Shown: positions 21,401-33,580 of the stretch, one piece after another | Numbering within the stretch: the first letter of the stretch is position 1 | Layout: each line of letters opens with the position of its first letter | Origin: Rhodosorus marinus CCMP1338 | Taxonomy: Eukaryota > Plantae > Rhodophyta | Reading direction: 5' to 3' | Length of the DNA stretch: 64,000 bases | NCBI GenBank assembly: GCA_029953675.1 | Contig: JAMWBK010000011.1 | Span: 992,001 to 1,056,000, forward strand | Program-made: the position numbers and the translations under genes | The notes under the pieces: generated by a model | Databases searched by the model: none | The model's input: the letters and a program-made list of their open reading frames with translations, nothing else | Told to the model about the DNA's origin: nothing

Positions 21401-24400
21401 CACTTCATCGTAATCTGCAAGCAGTTGTACCCCTCCTCGACTGGAATAGTTTTGCAAGGCCAGAGAAAGAGTCGTGACTAAACATGCTCTGCCTGGTGTA
21501 TTGAACAAACACGTATATTGCTGCTGAGTGCGCAACTAGCATACGCTTAGCAGCAAAACACATAGCCAAAAGCACAATTCCAGCTCGAACGGCACCCAAC
21601 TGTGTACACACAAGGGAGGGATGACACATGGATGCTAAAATCGCTGTCTTCACTTGCGTGGTTGCTCTCGCAGTTTTTTGCTTACTCTAGGACGACCAGC
21701 GTGTGGACATAGATATACGCATTCATTCATTAATTCAGCAAGGCCCACGGGGTTGCATGCTGCATTGGATAAGGCCTGGTCTAGAAACCCTGCTACGAAA
21801 ATCCGTAAGAAGCTTTGTATTTGGTCCGTCGGGAGAGACGCCTAACCTAACCCCAGAACGATAGCACTATTCATCGGCCTCCTATCTGATCACAACGGCC
21901 AAGGCACGAGGTACAACTCCAATTGGATTTTTTTCTCGAGAACGGATATCCAATAATGAGCAAAGTACCTAGCGCCCCTTCGACCTTCATATCGGCTAAG
22001 GCCATGGGCAAAACCTAAAAGGTTCAAACCACGTTCTCTCACCACGAACAGGAACACGTAACATTTCCTTTTTCATAATCGTTTTCACTGACTTTGGTGA
22101 TATACCCAACGGGCGCAACGATCACCTGACCTCCGCCGCTCTCCAAACCCGTCCAAGCCTCCAAGGCCTGGCTTCAAGCTCACTTGTGTCCGAAAACTAC
22201 GAGTTATAGGAAGTAAATGGTGAATCTAGAGCTGAAATCTTGTCGGGGGATAAACACATTCATTCATTCGTCACAGGACCTTCACAAACCCCCCGCCTCC
22301 CTCTAAAAGAAAAGGGATTCCTAGTTTACCCTAGTAAATCCACCACCACAGTTCTCGTAGGTCCGTACGCAGCCCCGGTGATGGTCGTTGAAGGATTAAT
22401 GCGGCAGAAACCACCCGCCCTCTATTAATCTCCAAAATTAAAGAGACGACCTGAAATCATTGGATTTTAAGTACCATTCATATATTCTAATTCCGTGATT
22501 ACTGTAGTGGTTTTACTAGCGAGAGAGTGTGACCAAGATTTGGCAAGAAACCATAATAAAAAATACTCCTAATATAAACCCATTCAATCTAATTAGGCAG
22601 TCTGTCCGCAAGCTACGAACTTTAGATCATTCCCCCGTAATTAGAGATTCCACTTTCCACTGCCTGGACCAAATATTTTTGCTGTACTGAAACATCAGAT
22701 GGGATGGGCTTTCGGATTGGCGATTCTAAAGTGCGCATTCTTTTTTTTGGGTACAAATAAGGGGATACATAGTAATAGAGAAGAATAAGGCTGCTTACGT
22801 GGAAAGAATTCGATTATACGACAAAACAGGATTTTTGTGCTACATTAGCATCTTTCATTTCACTTAAGAAAGTAAACAAATCACTATTCTTTTCTTACAT
22901 CCGTTTTTGTTTTGCTTGGCCTATCAATATCATCCAGGCGCCTTTTTGGACGCGAAAATGAGCGTTTGGCTTATACTGGCTTTTATTGGACTGTTGAGTC
23001 TCCAAAAGGGCAATTTGGGCGTGCAGCTTTTCGACTTATTCTTATTTTGGATAATTTATTAGTGGTTCTATCACTTCTTACGAAAATTGAAGATGGACTT
23101 TATATGTCTTTTTTGCCATCTTTTTTTTTGTCCATTTTCAATTTTTGGTGTGATCGTTTCTGTATGCAACCAACCAGTGAGAGAATGGTTTGATTGTATT
23201 TTAGTAAAAACAAATCCAGCATATATGAAAAACGAAGATAAATTGATACTGTGAGGGGGGGTTTGTGCATTTTTTTGATCGGGGAACAAGAAAACTGTAA
23301 TGAATGGTCTGCGGGCATGTCTGCCTCTCGCGACGAAGAAGTTTGGACAGAGTTGGACTCCGTTAGCATCTGGGTTGGCTCTCCTCGCTGTTTTACCTGG
23401 TCAAGTTCTTTTGTTGTGGCGTGTAGACGCGTGATCTTCTGTGTTCAGTAATCTTTTTTTCCCCTGCGTGTTTTTGTCTTCACGTGCTGTAGAGACACCC
23501 GCAAAATAGTTTTGTTTGTGTGTGGAGATAGGTTGCATTCGGAAGATGGGCGAATTTTTTTTTTGGAGGGGTAGGGGGGGGTGGGGGGTTTGGTTTCACT
23601 GACAGGAGAGAGAGGGAGAGAGATGTCTGTAAGTGGAGATCTAAAGAGACCTGATTTTGCTGAGGGAGGAGAGATTTTCTGGCATTGATGTTAACTTGTT
23701 CGCTTTTCGTGGGTGGCAGGGGGGTGATGAACACGGTTTGTGCATTTGACCCTGTTGGCGGACAAGTCTGGACGGGGTTGGGATGTTGCTGCGTGAAAAC
23801 CTTTTTTTATAGCGTATTTCAGCATTTGGAAGTCTGAAGTCTCTGATTCCTCAGATCTGTTTTACGACCTGATCTATCTTGTGAAAAATTTGCTCGGCTT
23901 GAAGGGAAAAGGAGGTTTTAGTGACTTTTTTTAACAGCATTTCAAATCTGGGGTTCTCTGTATTTTGTGGATTTGAACGATTGTATGACCCAGCAATTCA
24001 AGCTTGTTTTTCTCTCCTCGTTTCATTCGGATCACATCCGAGGCTCCGCAAGGAAAGACACCCGGAGCTTAAAAAGGACCCCCTGGGACGTCGCTTACAA
24101 TGTTGGGCGCAACGCAATGCATTTTCGACGCTCTACAAACCTGAGCATCAGACCGTGCAGCATCGTCTCCGAGTTTCCAGACAAAATTTCAGCACTCGCA
24201 AGCATACGTGTGTTGTGTGCATCAATCCGTCCGCGATCCTGAACAAGTCTCGTCCGGAGCTGCTGACAAAAATACAGTCGCTCAAAACAAATCCTTGGGA
24301 ACTCGCTGACGAGAGTTTTGGGTGCAGAGGTACCCATTTGCGTGGTTTGGTATTCATCATTCTGCCAAGAGGGAAGCTCGTATTGCTCTTGCTCAAATCC

Positions 24401-24827
24401 CCGGTCTTCCTCAGGCAACGCATTCCTCTAACATCCTCCGCGTTCAGAGCGCGTTGACGTATCTCTCTGTCGTAAGATGTCGCTCGATTCTTCGGCGAAG
24501 GAAGATCCCGAAGAAATCGAAACGGGGTATCATTTTCTAGGATGAAAGAGAAAGGTTTTCGTGTTCGAGAAAAGGCTCTAAGAACGCTGTCGATATATGG
24601 GAGGAAGAGTGGAAGTTTTCTTCTTCTCATTGATCGGGCTAGAGCATCATATTTTTTATTCGAGGATCCATGATGAACGGTATGTACAATTCTTTTCCCT
24701 TAATGTATTTTGTCCTCCTTTTGGGTAGAGAATTCCACTCGAACCACCACCATCACCTTCTTCCAGTCACTGACTCGATCGCTCCCCTGCTTATAGTTGG
24801 TCATGATATTCGCGGCCCTAGGGTTTC

Positions 24828-27800
24828 CTAGCTCAACTCTGGATCAGTGAGCGCCCCGCTAAACGGCAGCAAAGTGCAAAAGTCAACGAGACATTCGCTG
24901 TTTCCTACGTTGTACAAAAGCACCTCGTTCGTGATTCCGGCGGCGTCAAAGACCATTTCCTTGTAGCCCCAGTCCCCATAGGGAATCGGAGTAACTGGTC
25001 CGAAGGAGTTCTTGCACAACCTGTTGTTCTGGTAGAGGATCTCCATGGTCAGCGGTCCCGATCCGCGGACATAGCATCGCATTCTGTACCGCTCGTCTCT
25101 GTCCAGCCACACAGTCTGACGAGCGACAGTCTCCGAGGGATAGAGATACATAGCTTGCACATTACGCAATGGTTGAAGTGCAGAAAACTCAAGAGAACCG
25201 CTCACAGTCCATCGAAAATTCCCTTGGGGTTCAAAACTCGGGTTCTTCAGCTCCTGACCTGGTTCTAAAAGTACCGCTGGAGGATTCCATGTCGGGAGAT
25301 CTGTTGGTAAGTTGTAAGCTCCCGAGCCGACTTCAGGAGGGACCCCGTCAGTCGCGAGATAGAGTGAGCAGTCATCTGCCCAGACGCCACCGCTCTGCGC
25401 TCCAGGATCACCACCATCGTCTCGCTCCAGAACGACCTCGTAGTCGGCCGAAAGAAGGACCTCAAAGTCAACTTCCTGGTTCTTCCAGTCCGAGTTGTCC
25501 AAATCGAACGTATCTCCTAGATTCTCCGCAAAGAGCGTCGAATCCCTCCATATCGAAAGCCGTATGCTCCCCTTCACGTAGCAGTGCAATCTGTACACCT
25601 GGTTACGGCTCAAAGAGACGAGTTGTAGTGCCTTTGAGCCCTCCTGTGTCAAGCTGAGAGCCTGCGTTCCACTGAAATTTTCAGATGTCGCCGTCTCGGC
25701 ACCGTCAGAGAAAGCCCACACCCCAGCGTTCTCTTCGAAGCTGGGGTCTTCCAAAAGTGAGTCGTACTCAGGATCCGTCAGTGGTCCCGAGAAGGGGAAC
25801 AGAGTGCAAAAGTCGACGGCGCACTCGCTATTACCGATGTTGTACAGAGATATATCCTGCGCTATCTTCGTCGCGTCAAATATTATATCCTTGTATCCCC
25901 AATCGCCCCTTCCAATTAGCGTCACCGCCCCGAACGAGTTCTTAGATATCCTCTCTCCCTGATGAGAAACCTCCATGGTAAGTGAACCCGGTCCACGCAC
26001 ATAACACCTGAGCCTGTACCTCTCGTTCTGCTCCAAATACACCAACTGCGTTGCAACGGTGTTCGGGTAAACAAACATTGAGCGCTCGCCTATCAACGGG
26101 TCAACTTCAGTGAACTTGAGATCACCGCTTACAGTCCACCGCAAGTCGGATTGGTGCTCAAAGCTCGGATTCTTGGTCTCTCCTCCAGCAGCCAAAAGCT
26201 CAGCTGGCGGATCCCACGGCGAAAGATCTGCCAAGTTGTAAGCACCGGAGCCGACTTCAGGAGGGACCCCGTCAGTCGCGAGATAGAGTGAGCAGTCATC
26301 TGCCCAGACGCCACCGCTCTGCGCTCCAGGATCACCACCGTCGTCTCGCTCCAGAACGACCTCGTAGTCGGCCGAAAGAAGGATCTCAAAGTCAACTTCC
26401 TGGTTCTTCCAGTCCGAGTTGTCCAAATCGAACGTATCTCCTAGATTCTCCGCATAGAGCGTCGAATCCCTCCATATCGAAAGCCGTATGCTCCCCTTCA
26501 CGTAGCAGTGCAATCTGTACACCTGGTTACGGCTCAAAGAGACGAGTTGTAGTGCCTTTGAGCCCTCCTGTGTCAAGCTGAGAGCCTGCGTTCCACCGAA
26601 ATTTTCAGATGTCGCCGTCTCGGCACCGTCAGAGAAAGCCCACACCCCCGCGTTCTCTTCGAAACTCGGGTCCGTCAGAAGTGAGTCGTACTCCGGATCC
26701 GTCAGTGCTCCCGAGAAAGGGAACAAAGTGCAAAAATCGACCACGCACTCGCCGTCTCCGATGTTGTACAGAGATATATCCTGTGCTATTTTCGTCGCAT
26801 CAAAAATCACATCCTTGTGTCCCCAATCGCCCCTCCCAATTAGCGTCACCGCCCCGAACGAGTTCTTAGATATCCTCTCCCCCTGATAAGAAACCTCCAT
26901 GGTCAGTGACCCCGGTCCACGCACATAACACCTCAGTCTGTACCTCTCGTTCTGGTCCAAATACACCAACTGCGTTGCAACGGTGTTCGAGTAAACAAAC
27001 ATTGACCGCTCGCCTCTCAATGCGTCAACTAAAGTGAACTTGAGATCACCGCTCACGCTCCATCGAAAATTCCCTTGGAGCTCAAAACTCGGGTTCTTCA
27101 GCTCCTGACCTGGCTCTAAAAGTAGCGCGGGAGGATCCCACGGCGAAACATCCGGTAAGTTGTAAGCACCGGAGCCGACGTAAGGAGGGATTCCGTCAGC
27201 TGCACCATAAATGGAGCAGTCATCTATCCAGACCCCATTCCTCTGGCGGCTCGGAACACCCCCATTGTCTCGCACAAGGGTCAGTTCGTACTCGCCGGGT
27301 TCTTCGATCATCACGTCGACTTCTTGATTGTTCCACTCGGAATTCGGTACCGGAAACGTGTTTCCAAAGTTCTCTGCGTACAAGATCGAACCCTTCCATA
27401 GCGTAAAGTGGATGTTCCCGGTTGAGTAGCAGTGCCACCTGTAGATATTTCCTTCATCCAAATAGACGCGTTGAACGGCTTTTGATCCCTCCTGGGCGAG
27501 TCGGAGGCCCCGCACTCCCGTAAATGTTCTAGATCCCCGTATACTCGCGCCATTGGAGAACAACCACGGCTCGGTGCCTTGCTCAAAACTAGGGTTTTGC
27601 ACAAGTTGCTCATTTTCAGGATCTGTAATCGGCCCCGAGTATTTGAACATGGTGCAGAAGTCAACGATGCATTCACTGTCCCCATCGTTGTAGAGGAAAA
27701 CATCCATCGCAATCTTCGGCGCGACGAAGACTACATCCTTGTACCCCCACGAACCATATCCGATCGGCGTTACAGGACCAAATGCGTTCTTGGACACACG

Positions 27801-30569
27801 ATCTCCTTGAAACGATACCTCCATGGTAAGCGATTCCGGCCCATTAACATAACAACGTAATCTGTACGTATCTTCTAGGTCTAAGAAGACGGTCTGGTTT
27901 AGCACCGTGCCTGGGAAAACAATCATCGCCCGAGTTCCTTCCAAATTGTTTTGCCCGGTCAACTGTAGAGGGCCGGTGACACTCCATCGAAAGTCTGCGG
28001 TCGAAAACTCAAAGCTCGGGTTTCTAATAACTCCATCGTCGCCCAGAAGTTCCGCTGGTGGATCCCACGCAGGTGTTGGCTCGGGAGGGTAGTTGACAGA
28101 TGCCGAGCCGACGAAGGGTGGAACGTTGCCAGCAGCGTAAAGAGAACACTCATCTGCCCGAACCCCTGCGCTCTGGAGGCCTCGAGTACCACCATTGTCT
28201 CTCTCGATGACAATGTCGTATTCGCCCGAGCTGCGGATCAGAAAATCGAACTCTTGATTCTTCCACCGGTTGTCTGGCCCTGGAAACGTGTTGCGGAGAC
28301 TGTCACCGAAGATCGCCGAGTCCTCCAATATCGAGAAGCGGATGCTCCCCCTCACGTAGCAGTGCAGCCTGTACACATTGTTTTCTCTGAGGTAGACGCG
28401 TTGAACGGCCTTGGCCCCTTCCTGACCGAGTTTGAGGCGATTAGCTCCCGTGAAAGCCTGGGCACTGCTCTGGAATTCGGCCCCGTCCAGCAAAGACCAC
28501 GCTCCGTCTTGTTCTTCGAAGCTGGGGTCCTTCAAAAGCTGCTCTGCGTTGGGTGGAGACCTATACGGGTAGTCCTCAGGATTGGTTATCGTTCCACACG
28601 GCAGACCTTCGTTTACCCCACCACCCAAGAGGCAGCACGCTCCCCCCACGCATTCATCAACTTCCAAAACCACGCTGCTCAGCCAGCCGCCATCGTCAGA
28701 GTACTGCACCTTAATCTCCGGAGATGATCCCAGATCTTCCAGCCTGTAGGGAACGACAAAAGTCCCAAAGTACCTGGCGTCATAGTTCCGCTTCGGACCA
28801 GCCATTCGCTCGTCATAGTCGGCAATCGGTTCTGCGGCATCGTTTACCCACACCTTGGGCTTAGCATCGTCGGAGAGCCTTCTGGAGTGTGAGATACGTA
28901 TGTAACCAACGCCGTTCGGACTCTGTGGAATGCCGCTGAACTGAAACGTATAGGTCTCGTTCGCCTCAACGGGCACCGGATAGTCCCGAGTTTGTCCAGT
29001 GCTGTCCAAGATCTCGCCCATGTAGTGCCTTGACCTCTCAACCTTGCGAAGTTCACGTACAGGTGTAGTGAAGGTAACTGCCAGAACGTGCATCGCCTCC
29101 GGTTCGATCTGGACGCTTTCCGGAAGGGAACTAAGAGTCGAGTTGCTCCACCTGACCGTTCCTGCTCGTGCGATACTCTGAGCTATGTCGTCCGCAGTCG
29201 GTTCGCCCTCCTCCAGCCAGAGTTTTCTTTCAACGACGCTCTCTACAACGCCAGATCCGAATGGAAGGCTTAGGTCGACCTGGGCCGTATCGCCTTCTGT
29301 GGCCAGGTTCTGAAGCAGAACGTAGGCGCGGTTCGAGTTGGCCACAGAGAGAACCTTGACGAATGGATCGTCGCTGTAGGAGTACACGAAATCTCCTTCA
29401 ATGCCTTTAAACAGCTCCAAATAGTGCAGAAGCGCCGTCCACTCGAGCACGTCGTCTTCTCCTCCATTCGTAAGCGACCACGGATATGGATGGGTCAAGC
29501 CGTTCCGGCTATCCGTCGGATCCAAAGTTAGAAAGTTAATGAACTTGAGGACATTGTCGTGTACTCTTATTGTACTCATAAACGCCTTGAACGAGTCGGC
29601 CATAATGATAAAGTCCCTTCCTCCCGTCGGCGGGAGAGACTCCCGGGTGTCCTTCGAGTGCCATGAGCCGTGATACGCACCGGTCTCAGTTATCATGTAT
29701 TTGATGGGCTTGCCATCAGCAGATGTCTTCATCGTGTAAGTCTCCAAAAGATCCAGATTGGCGTCCTGGACGGCACCTCCCGATGAGTACGGATGCTGCG
29801 AGATAAAATCGACACAGCCTGCACTGCGTGCAGAATCGATAAAGTTCTTCATACGTGTCTGCCATCGGCTAAAATTCTGAAGATGTGGTCTGCCGCTGTT
29901 TGCCCCTGGCCCTCCGGCGAGCATGTCAGGGTTTGCCGCTTTAATATCCCTACACATCTGACCGCAAATGTTTCCGATCCTGCTGACTACCGAGTACTCG
30001 GACTCCTCTGGATATCTCCGGAACAGATTATATTCGCCCATCGGTTCATTGAAACACTCCGAGTATCGTGGCTTTGGAAATCCTTCCTCAGCGTTGAAGA
30101 ATCTGCTGAAGTACTCCCCGGAGAACGCGGCGGCATCGGAGATAAGTTGATCGCTGTGCTGGAACCTGAGTAACTGGTCTGCCCTGTCGGTAGCGACTCG
30201 CTCTTCGTCTATCAGTCGTTTCCTGAGAGGGTCGCAGTTGTCGCATTTAATCTGGTTGAGTCTCAGTGCACCTTCCTCCTCGAGTCCGTCCACGCCGTCC
30301 GGGAAGCCCTGTGATCCTGAGAAAGGACCCTCATTCGACGACCTGGTAAACCTCACGTCCAGGTCAACCGCGAGGTACTCCATCATAGCCCGCGCGTTCG
30401 TTGGCGACGCGAGGTTTCCATGAGCGTTAACGAATCGGTGTCGATCGAACACTTGCTCTCCGTTGGTTACCAGAGTCGTTCGGAAATCAATAGTCACAAC
30501 CGCGCCCTTGATGCTCAACACCAACATCAATAACAGCAGCACCACCTTGCTCGAAGCCATCGATCTCAT
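24828..30569 (-). CDS. Gene 3: secreted GH86-like hydrolase with 4 module pairs (one a recent 924-bp internal duplication)
   Basis: 1913-aa ORF. Signal MASSKVVLLLLMLVLSIKG-A. CFNEPM and MITETG motifs. Modules A3 and A4 are near-identical. Confidence 0.82.
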   Translation of the reverse strand: MRSMASSKVVLLLLMLVLSIKGAVVTIDFRTTLVTNGEQVFDRHRFVNAHGNLASPTNARAMMEYLAVDLDVRFTRSSNEGPFSGSQGFPDGVDGLEEEGALRLNQIKCDNCDPLRKRLIDEERVATDRADQLLRFQHSDQLISDAAAFSGEYFSRFFNAEEGFPKPRYSECFNEPMGEYNLFRRYPEESEYSVVSRIGNICGQMCRDIKAANPDMLAGGPGANSGRPHLQNFSRWQTRMKNFIDSARSAGCVDFISQHPYSSGGAVQDANLDLLETYTMKTSADGKPIKYMITETGAYHGSWHSKDTRESLPPTGGRDFIIMADSFKAFMSTIRVHDNVLKFINFLTLDPTDSRNGLTHPYPWSLTNGGEDDVLEWTALLHYLELFKGIEGDFVYSYSDDPFVKVLSVANSNRAYVLLQNLATEGDTAQVDLSLPFGSGVVESVVERKLWLEEGEPTADDIAQSIARAGTVRWSNSTLSSLPESVQIEPEAMHVLAVTFTTPVRELRKVERSRHYMGEILDSTGQTRDYPVPVEANETYTFQFSGIPQSPNGVGYIRISHSRRLSDDAKPKVWVNDAAEPIADYDERMAGPKRNYDARYFGTFVVPYRLEDLGSSPEIKVQYSDDGGWLSSVVLEVDECVGGACCLLGGGVNEGLPCGTITNPEDYPYRSPPNAEQLLKDPSFEEQDGAWSLLDGAEFQSSAQAFTGANRLKLGQEGAKAVQRVYLRENNVYRLHCYVRGSIRFSILEDSAIFGDSLRNTFPGPDNRWKNQEFDFLIRSSGEYDIVIERDNGGTRGLQSAGVRADECSLYAAGNVPPFVGSASVNYPPEPTPAWDPPAELLGDDGVIRNPSFEFSTADFRWSVTGPLQLTGQNNLEGTRAMIVFPGTVLNQTVFLDLEDTYRLRCYVNGPESLTMEVSFQGDRVSKNAFGPVTPIGYGSWGYKDVVFVAPKIAMDVFLYNDGDSECIVDFCTMFKYSGPITDPENEQLVQNPSFEQGTEPWLFSNGASIRGSRTFTGVRGLRLAQEGSKAVQRVYLDEGNIYRWHCYSTGNIHFTLWKGSILYAENFGNTFPVPNSEWNNQEVDVMIEEPGEYELTLVRDNGGVPSRQRNGVWIDDCSIYGAADGIPPYVGSGAYNLPDVSPWDPPALLLEPGQELKNPSFELQGNFRWSVSGDLKFTLVDALRGERSMFVYSNTVATQLVYLDQNERYRLRCYVRGPGSLTMEVSYQGERISKNSFGAVTLIGRGDWGHKDVIFDATKIAQDISLYNIGDGECVVDFCTLFPFSGALTDPEYDSLLTDPSFEENAGVWAFSDGAETATSENFGGTQALSLTQEGSKALQLVSLSRNQVYRLHCYVKGSIRLSIWRDSTLYAENLGDTFDLDNSDWKNQEVDFEILLSADYEVVLERDDGGDPGAQSGGVWADDCSLYLATDGVPPEVGSGAYNLADLSPWDPPAELLAAGGETKNPSFEHQSDLRWTVSGDLKFTEVDPLIGERSMFVYPNTVATQLVYLEQNERYRLRCYVRGPGSLTMEVSHQGERISKNSFGAVTLIGRGDWGYKDIIFDATKIAQDISLYNIGNSECAVDFCTLFPFSGPLTDPEYDSLLEDPSFEENAGVWAFSDGAETATSENFSGTQALSLTQEGSKALQLVSLSRNQVYRLHCYVKGSIRLSIWRDSTLFAENLGDTFDLDNSDWKNQEVDFEVLLSADYEVVLERDDGGDPGAQSGGVWADDCSLYLATDGVPPEVGSGAYNLPTDLPTWNPPAVLLEPGQELKNPSFEPQGNFRWTVSGSLEFSALQPLRNVQAMYLYPSETVARQTVWLDRDERYRMRCYVRGSGPLTMEILYQNNRLCKNSFGPVTPIPYGDWGYKEMVFDAAGITNEVLLYNVGNSECLVDFCTLLPFSGALTDPELS

Positions 30570-30797
30570 CCTCGGAATTATAGGACAGCCTGTCTTCCTC
30601 GTTTGAATAGAATGCTCTCCTAACTCTTCATCTCCTCAAGGTGCGTATCATTTCCAATCCAGAATTAGATCTTCAGGTTAAATAAACTTCACTCTCCTAG
30701 TGCTCCACTACGTTGCGCGCTTGTACTGGCTTTATTAGCAAAGCCTGAAGCGCTTCTACTTGCAGGTTGGCTCCGCTCTTTGCGCAACTCACGGGGG

Positions 30798-30805
30798 TTT
30801 ATAAA
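30798..30805 (-). promoter_or_regulatory. Candidate TATA box of gene 3 (same motif at 45517-45524 for gene 4)
   Basis: GACTTTATAAACCCC ~200-230 bp upstream of the start. It is conserved in both units, but so is the surrounding sequence. Confidence 0.3.
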
Positions 30806-31572
30806 GTCTCGACCTCGCGTCCAAGGCGATTTTTTGTTCTGCTTCCAAGATAGTAAATCCAGCCCGGGGGGGTGGGTTATTAGATGCATTGCCTTGAACG
30901 GCCACTTTTTCATCAGCCTAACACTGGATCTGGTGCAACGAGCTCATGTTCTTTCCGTTCTGCAGCAGTTATGAACCGAGTAGTCCGAGTTGTGGACTTA
31001 TCGGCTCATATGCACGATGTAATCCCGAAATGTGAAAAAAAACACAGACAAGTAGCAATCATCCCAGATGAATGGGTGTGTTCCGGCCGATAGGCCTTCG
31101 AATAAAACGAAGCAGTTCCAGAATACAGTGAAACTCAATTAAATTAGGCCATTATGTCGTTGACGTGTCTTTGCCCCTCTCCTACTCTGAAAAAATGCTG
31201 ACCGTAACACAAGTCAAGCTTTTGGAAGCGAACTTGAATTCCCGGAGGGTGCGAGAGGTACCACTGTACCTAGTGGATACTTTGTGAAAATCTACGGACT
31301 AAGGCATTTTAGCAAAAAGTACACTCATCTTCAAACCAAAAAAAAAATTCGTTGGGAGACCTTGTGACTTTGTTGGTTATCATGACCATCGGCAAAATCA
31401 CCCACTGAAAGGCCGTTTCCACTGCCCCCAAAAAGAAGTCGGATACTGACTGGACAGCTTCAACTGAAAGGAGATTCTCATGAGACCTTTAACAATTAAT
31501 CAAAATAGTAGTACGGTGAAATGTGAAGAACACCCATGTAAGCGATATGAGAGACACATCCTTTTTTTCATG

Positions 31573-31635
31573 AACGAATGGTTTAATCGGAGGCTGAAAA
31601 AAAAACCCCGAGGGGAAAAAAAGACTGAGCGCGGC
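31573..31635 (-). mobile_element. 63-bp family B tail-only insertion with 9-bp TSD
   Basis: Exact family B 3' end (GACTGAGCGCGG / CCCCGAGGGG / GAATGGTTTAATCGGAGGCTG). Flanked by TTTTTCATG at 31564-31572 and 31636-31644. The paralogous site at ~46415 is empty. Confidence 0.88.
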
Positions 31636-32088
31636 TTTTTCATGGAGCGCTATGTTTTGGTTAATCCCATCCGGAGTACCCTCTCGGGGCACACAGGCGC
31701 ATAAGGTTCCTCTCATGCCCATGGAAACAACTTTTTTCCTTTCGGTCCGGATTCCCCTCCTCCCCTTGAAAGAATAGATAAAGCAGGACACTTCTGGAGT
31801 ATACACAGAAACTAACTGCTCGGTTGTTGATGCGATGGCTGTATCCAGCCAGCCACCACCCTTGGCAAAAAGCATAGTCGTCCCCTGAGGTCTCAACTCT
31901 TAACCCGAAAGAAGAAATGACTCCAGTGGGGGTTGTGGGGGGGGCTGGGAAGGGTGAGAGAGGGAAGCGCACGAATCACTTTTCAAGTTGGAATGCGAAT
32001 TTTTTTAACGAAATCCTGAGGACCTTCCGTCAAAATCTATGGAGCTCTTGATCAGATACTTCGTTTCCTGACTTTTGGGTTGTCATCT

Positions 32089-33580
32089 CCGTCCGATAAA
32101 AAAACGTCCGATTGTGTCCGATAAATATTGGATGGTCCGATAAGCGTTCATCAGACATGTATTGCGTAATAATAATGCATATATTCTTTTGACCCCCGTC
32201 CAATATGAGTTTATTGGACCTGAATATAAAAGCAAAATCGGTCTTCATCTGATAAATGGTCCGATAACGACCGATTGCGTCCGATATTTTTCAATGCCTC
32301 TTTTTCGGGGCATTTTCGTTTGCTGTTGGGCTTTGGGATTTTCGCTTGGCTAACTAGGGGTGCTGAATGGTAACGTTGTCGAAACAAACCCATTCGAGTA
32401 TTGGATGCAAAGAGTCGAGCCAAGCTGCTCGATTCGTTCTCGGATACTGCTCTCACGTAGCCGACTGTGAGAGACTGTTGTTCCATCTGCGGGACGCTAA
32501 TCAGTAACAGGCTCGACCTTGCGACGCTCACAAAAGTTGAAGCAATCAAACTCTTTTTTATCGCACATCTGCACGGAAGACAGGACGGGTTTCGGTTCTT
32601 GAATACTATTGACACCTCCACGAGCATGAGAGATATGTTAGAAGTACGTTCACGATCATCCTGAAAACTCTGGGCGCACCATTTGACTAGAGTACTATGT
32701 TCAAATTAAAACAAGCCCCAAGCTTCATAAAATAATGCTCATACTGGAAGAACCCTAGGTTTTGATGCCACAAGCAACCGCTCCGTAACGCATAACATTC
32801 ACTAGCTGCGATCTTAAGTATACTTGTTGCTCCTCGCATATTCCGGGTTTCGGAGGGTTCATCCAGACTCTGGGCTTGAGATCGCAAACCACTTCATTGC
32901 CGGCACAAGAATTTCCCATCTTCGTTCTTAGATATACACCTCTTCAAGCAACTCATGGTTCCCACAGGACTGAAGCTACTGGTCATGTGACTCGAAGAAC
33001 CAGTCGAGACGGCTTGCTCCTAGGGTAGCTCCCCCGGGTGCTAAGGAATACGAACTGCACAAAGAGCTCGCCTCCAGAATAAGGGCGGTTTAACTCCGCC
33101 ACTCGGTTAACCCGAGAAGACAGTGAAACACAACCATGTGATCGATCCCTAAAGTACTCATGATATCAGAGGACACGAGAAAACTCCCTTCGGAATGCGC
33201 TTGTTCTACTCCAAGTCCTTGCCACCTTAACCACCTTCAACCAAAATTTGCCACCCTGTCTAGCCCCAGAAGCAATCATGATGCATTACATGATAGTCGC
33301 AGCTACTCACACCGAGTAATCATGATTCATGATATACTAGTGAGAGTTTGGTAGGACCAAGAAGTAATCATAATTCAAAACCTGGATCGAAGATGATTGA
33401 TTGTTGGACTAAGATTGATTGAATGTCGGACGATTTATCTGTCCAGTTTATCAGACGGGAGATCGGACCCGTTTTTTTGAAGATTTGCAATCAGTCATCT
33501 GTTAATTATATACTGATTTTCAATAGTTTGTCCCTTTCAAAAAATTATCGGACCGTCAAAAAATGCACATTATCGGACGG
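32089..33580. mobile_element. Putative non-autonomous DNA transposon (second copy ~46872-48140)
   Basis: 11-bp inverted ends CCGTCCGATAA / TTATCGGACGG. Clustered TCCGATAA motifs at the left end and TTATCGGA motifs at the right end. No TSD or transposase seen. Confidence 0.4.

Noticed and set aside
23921-24630. 160-178 aa ORFs in the 3' flank of gene 3
   Set aside because: The paralogous flanks (39600-40460, 62580-63410) do not preserve the reading frames.
32089-32300. CRISPR-like array from recurring TCCGATAA motifs or 12-bp repeats
   Set aside because: No constant 25-45 bp repeat with unique regular spacers and no cas genes; the context is eukaryote-like.
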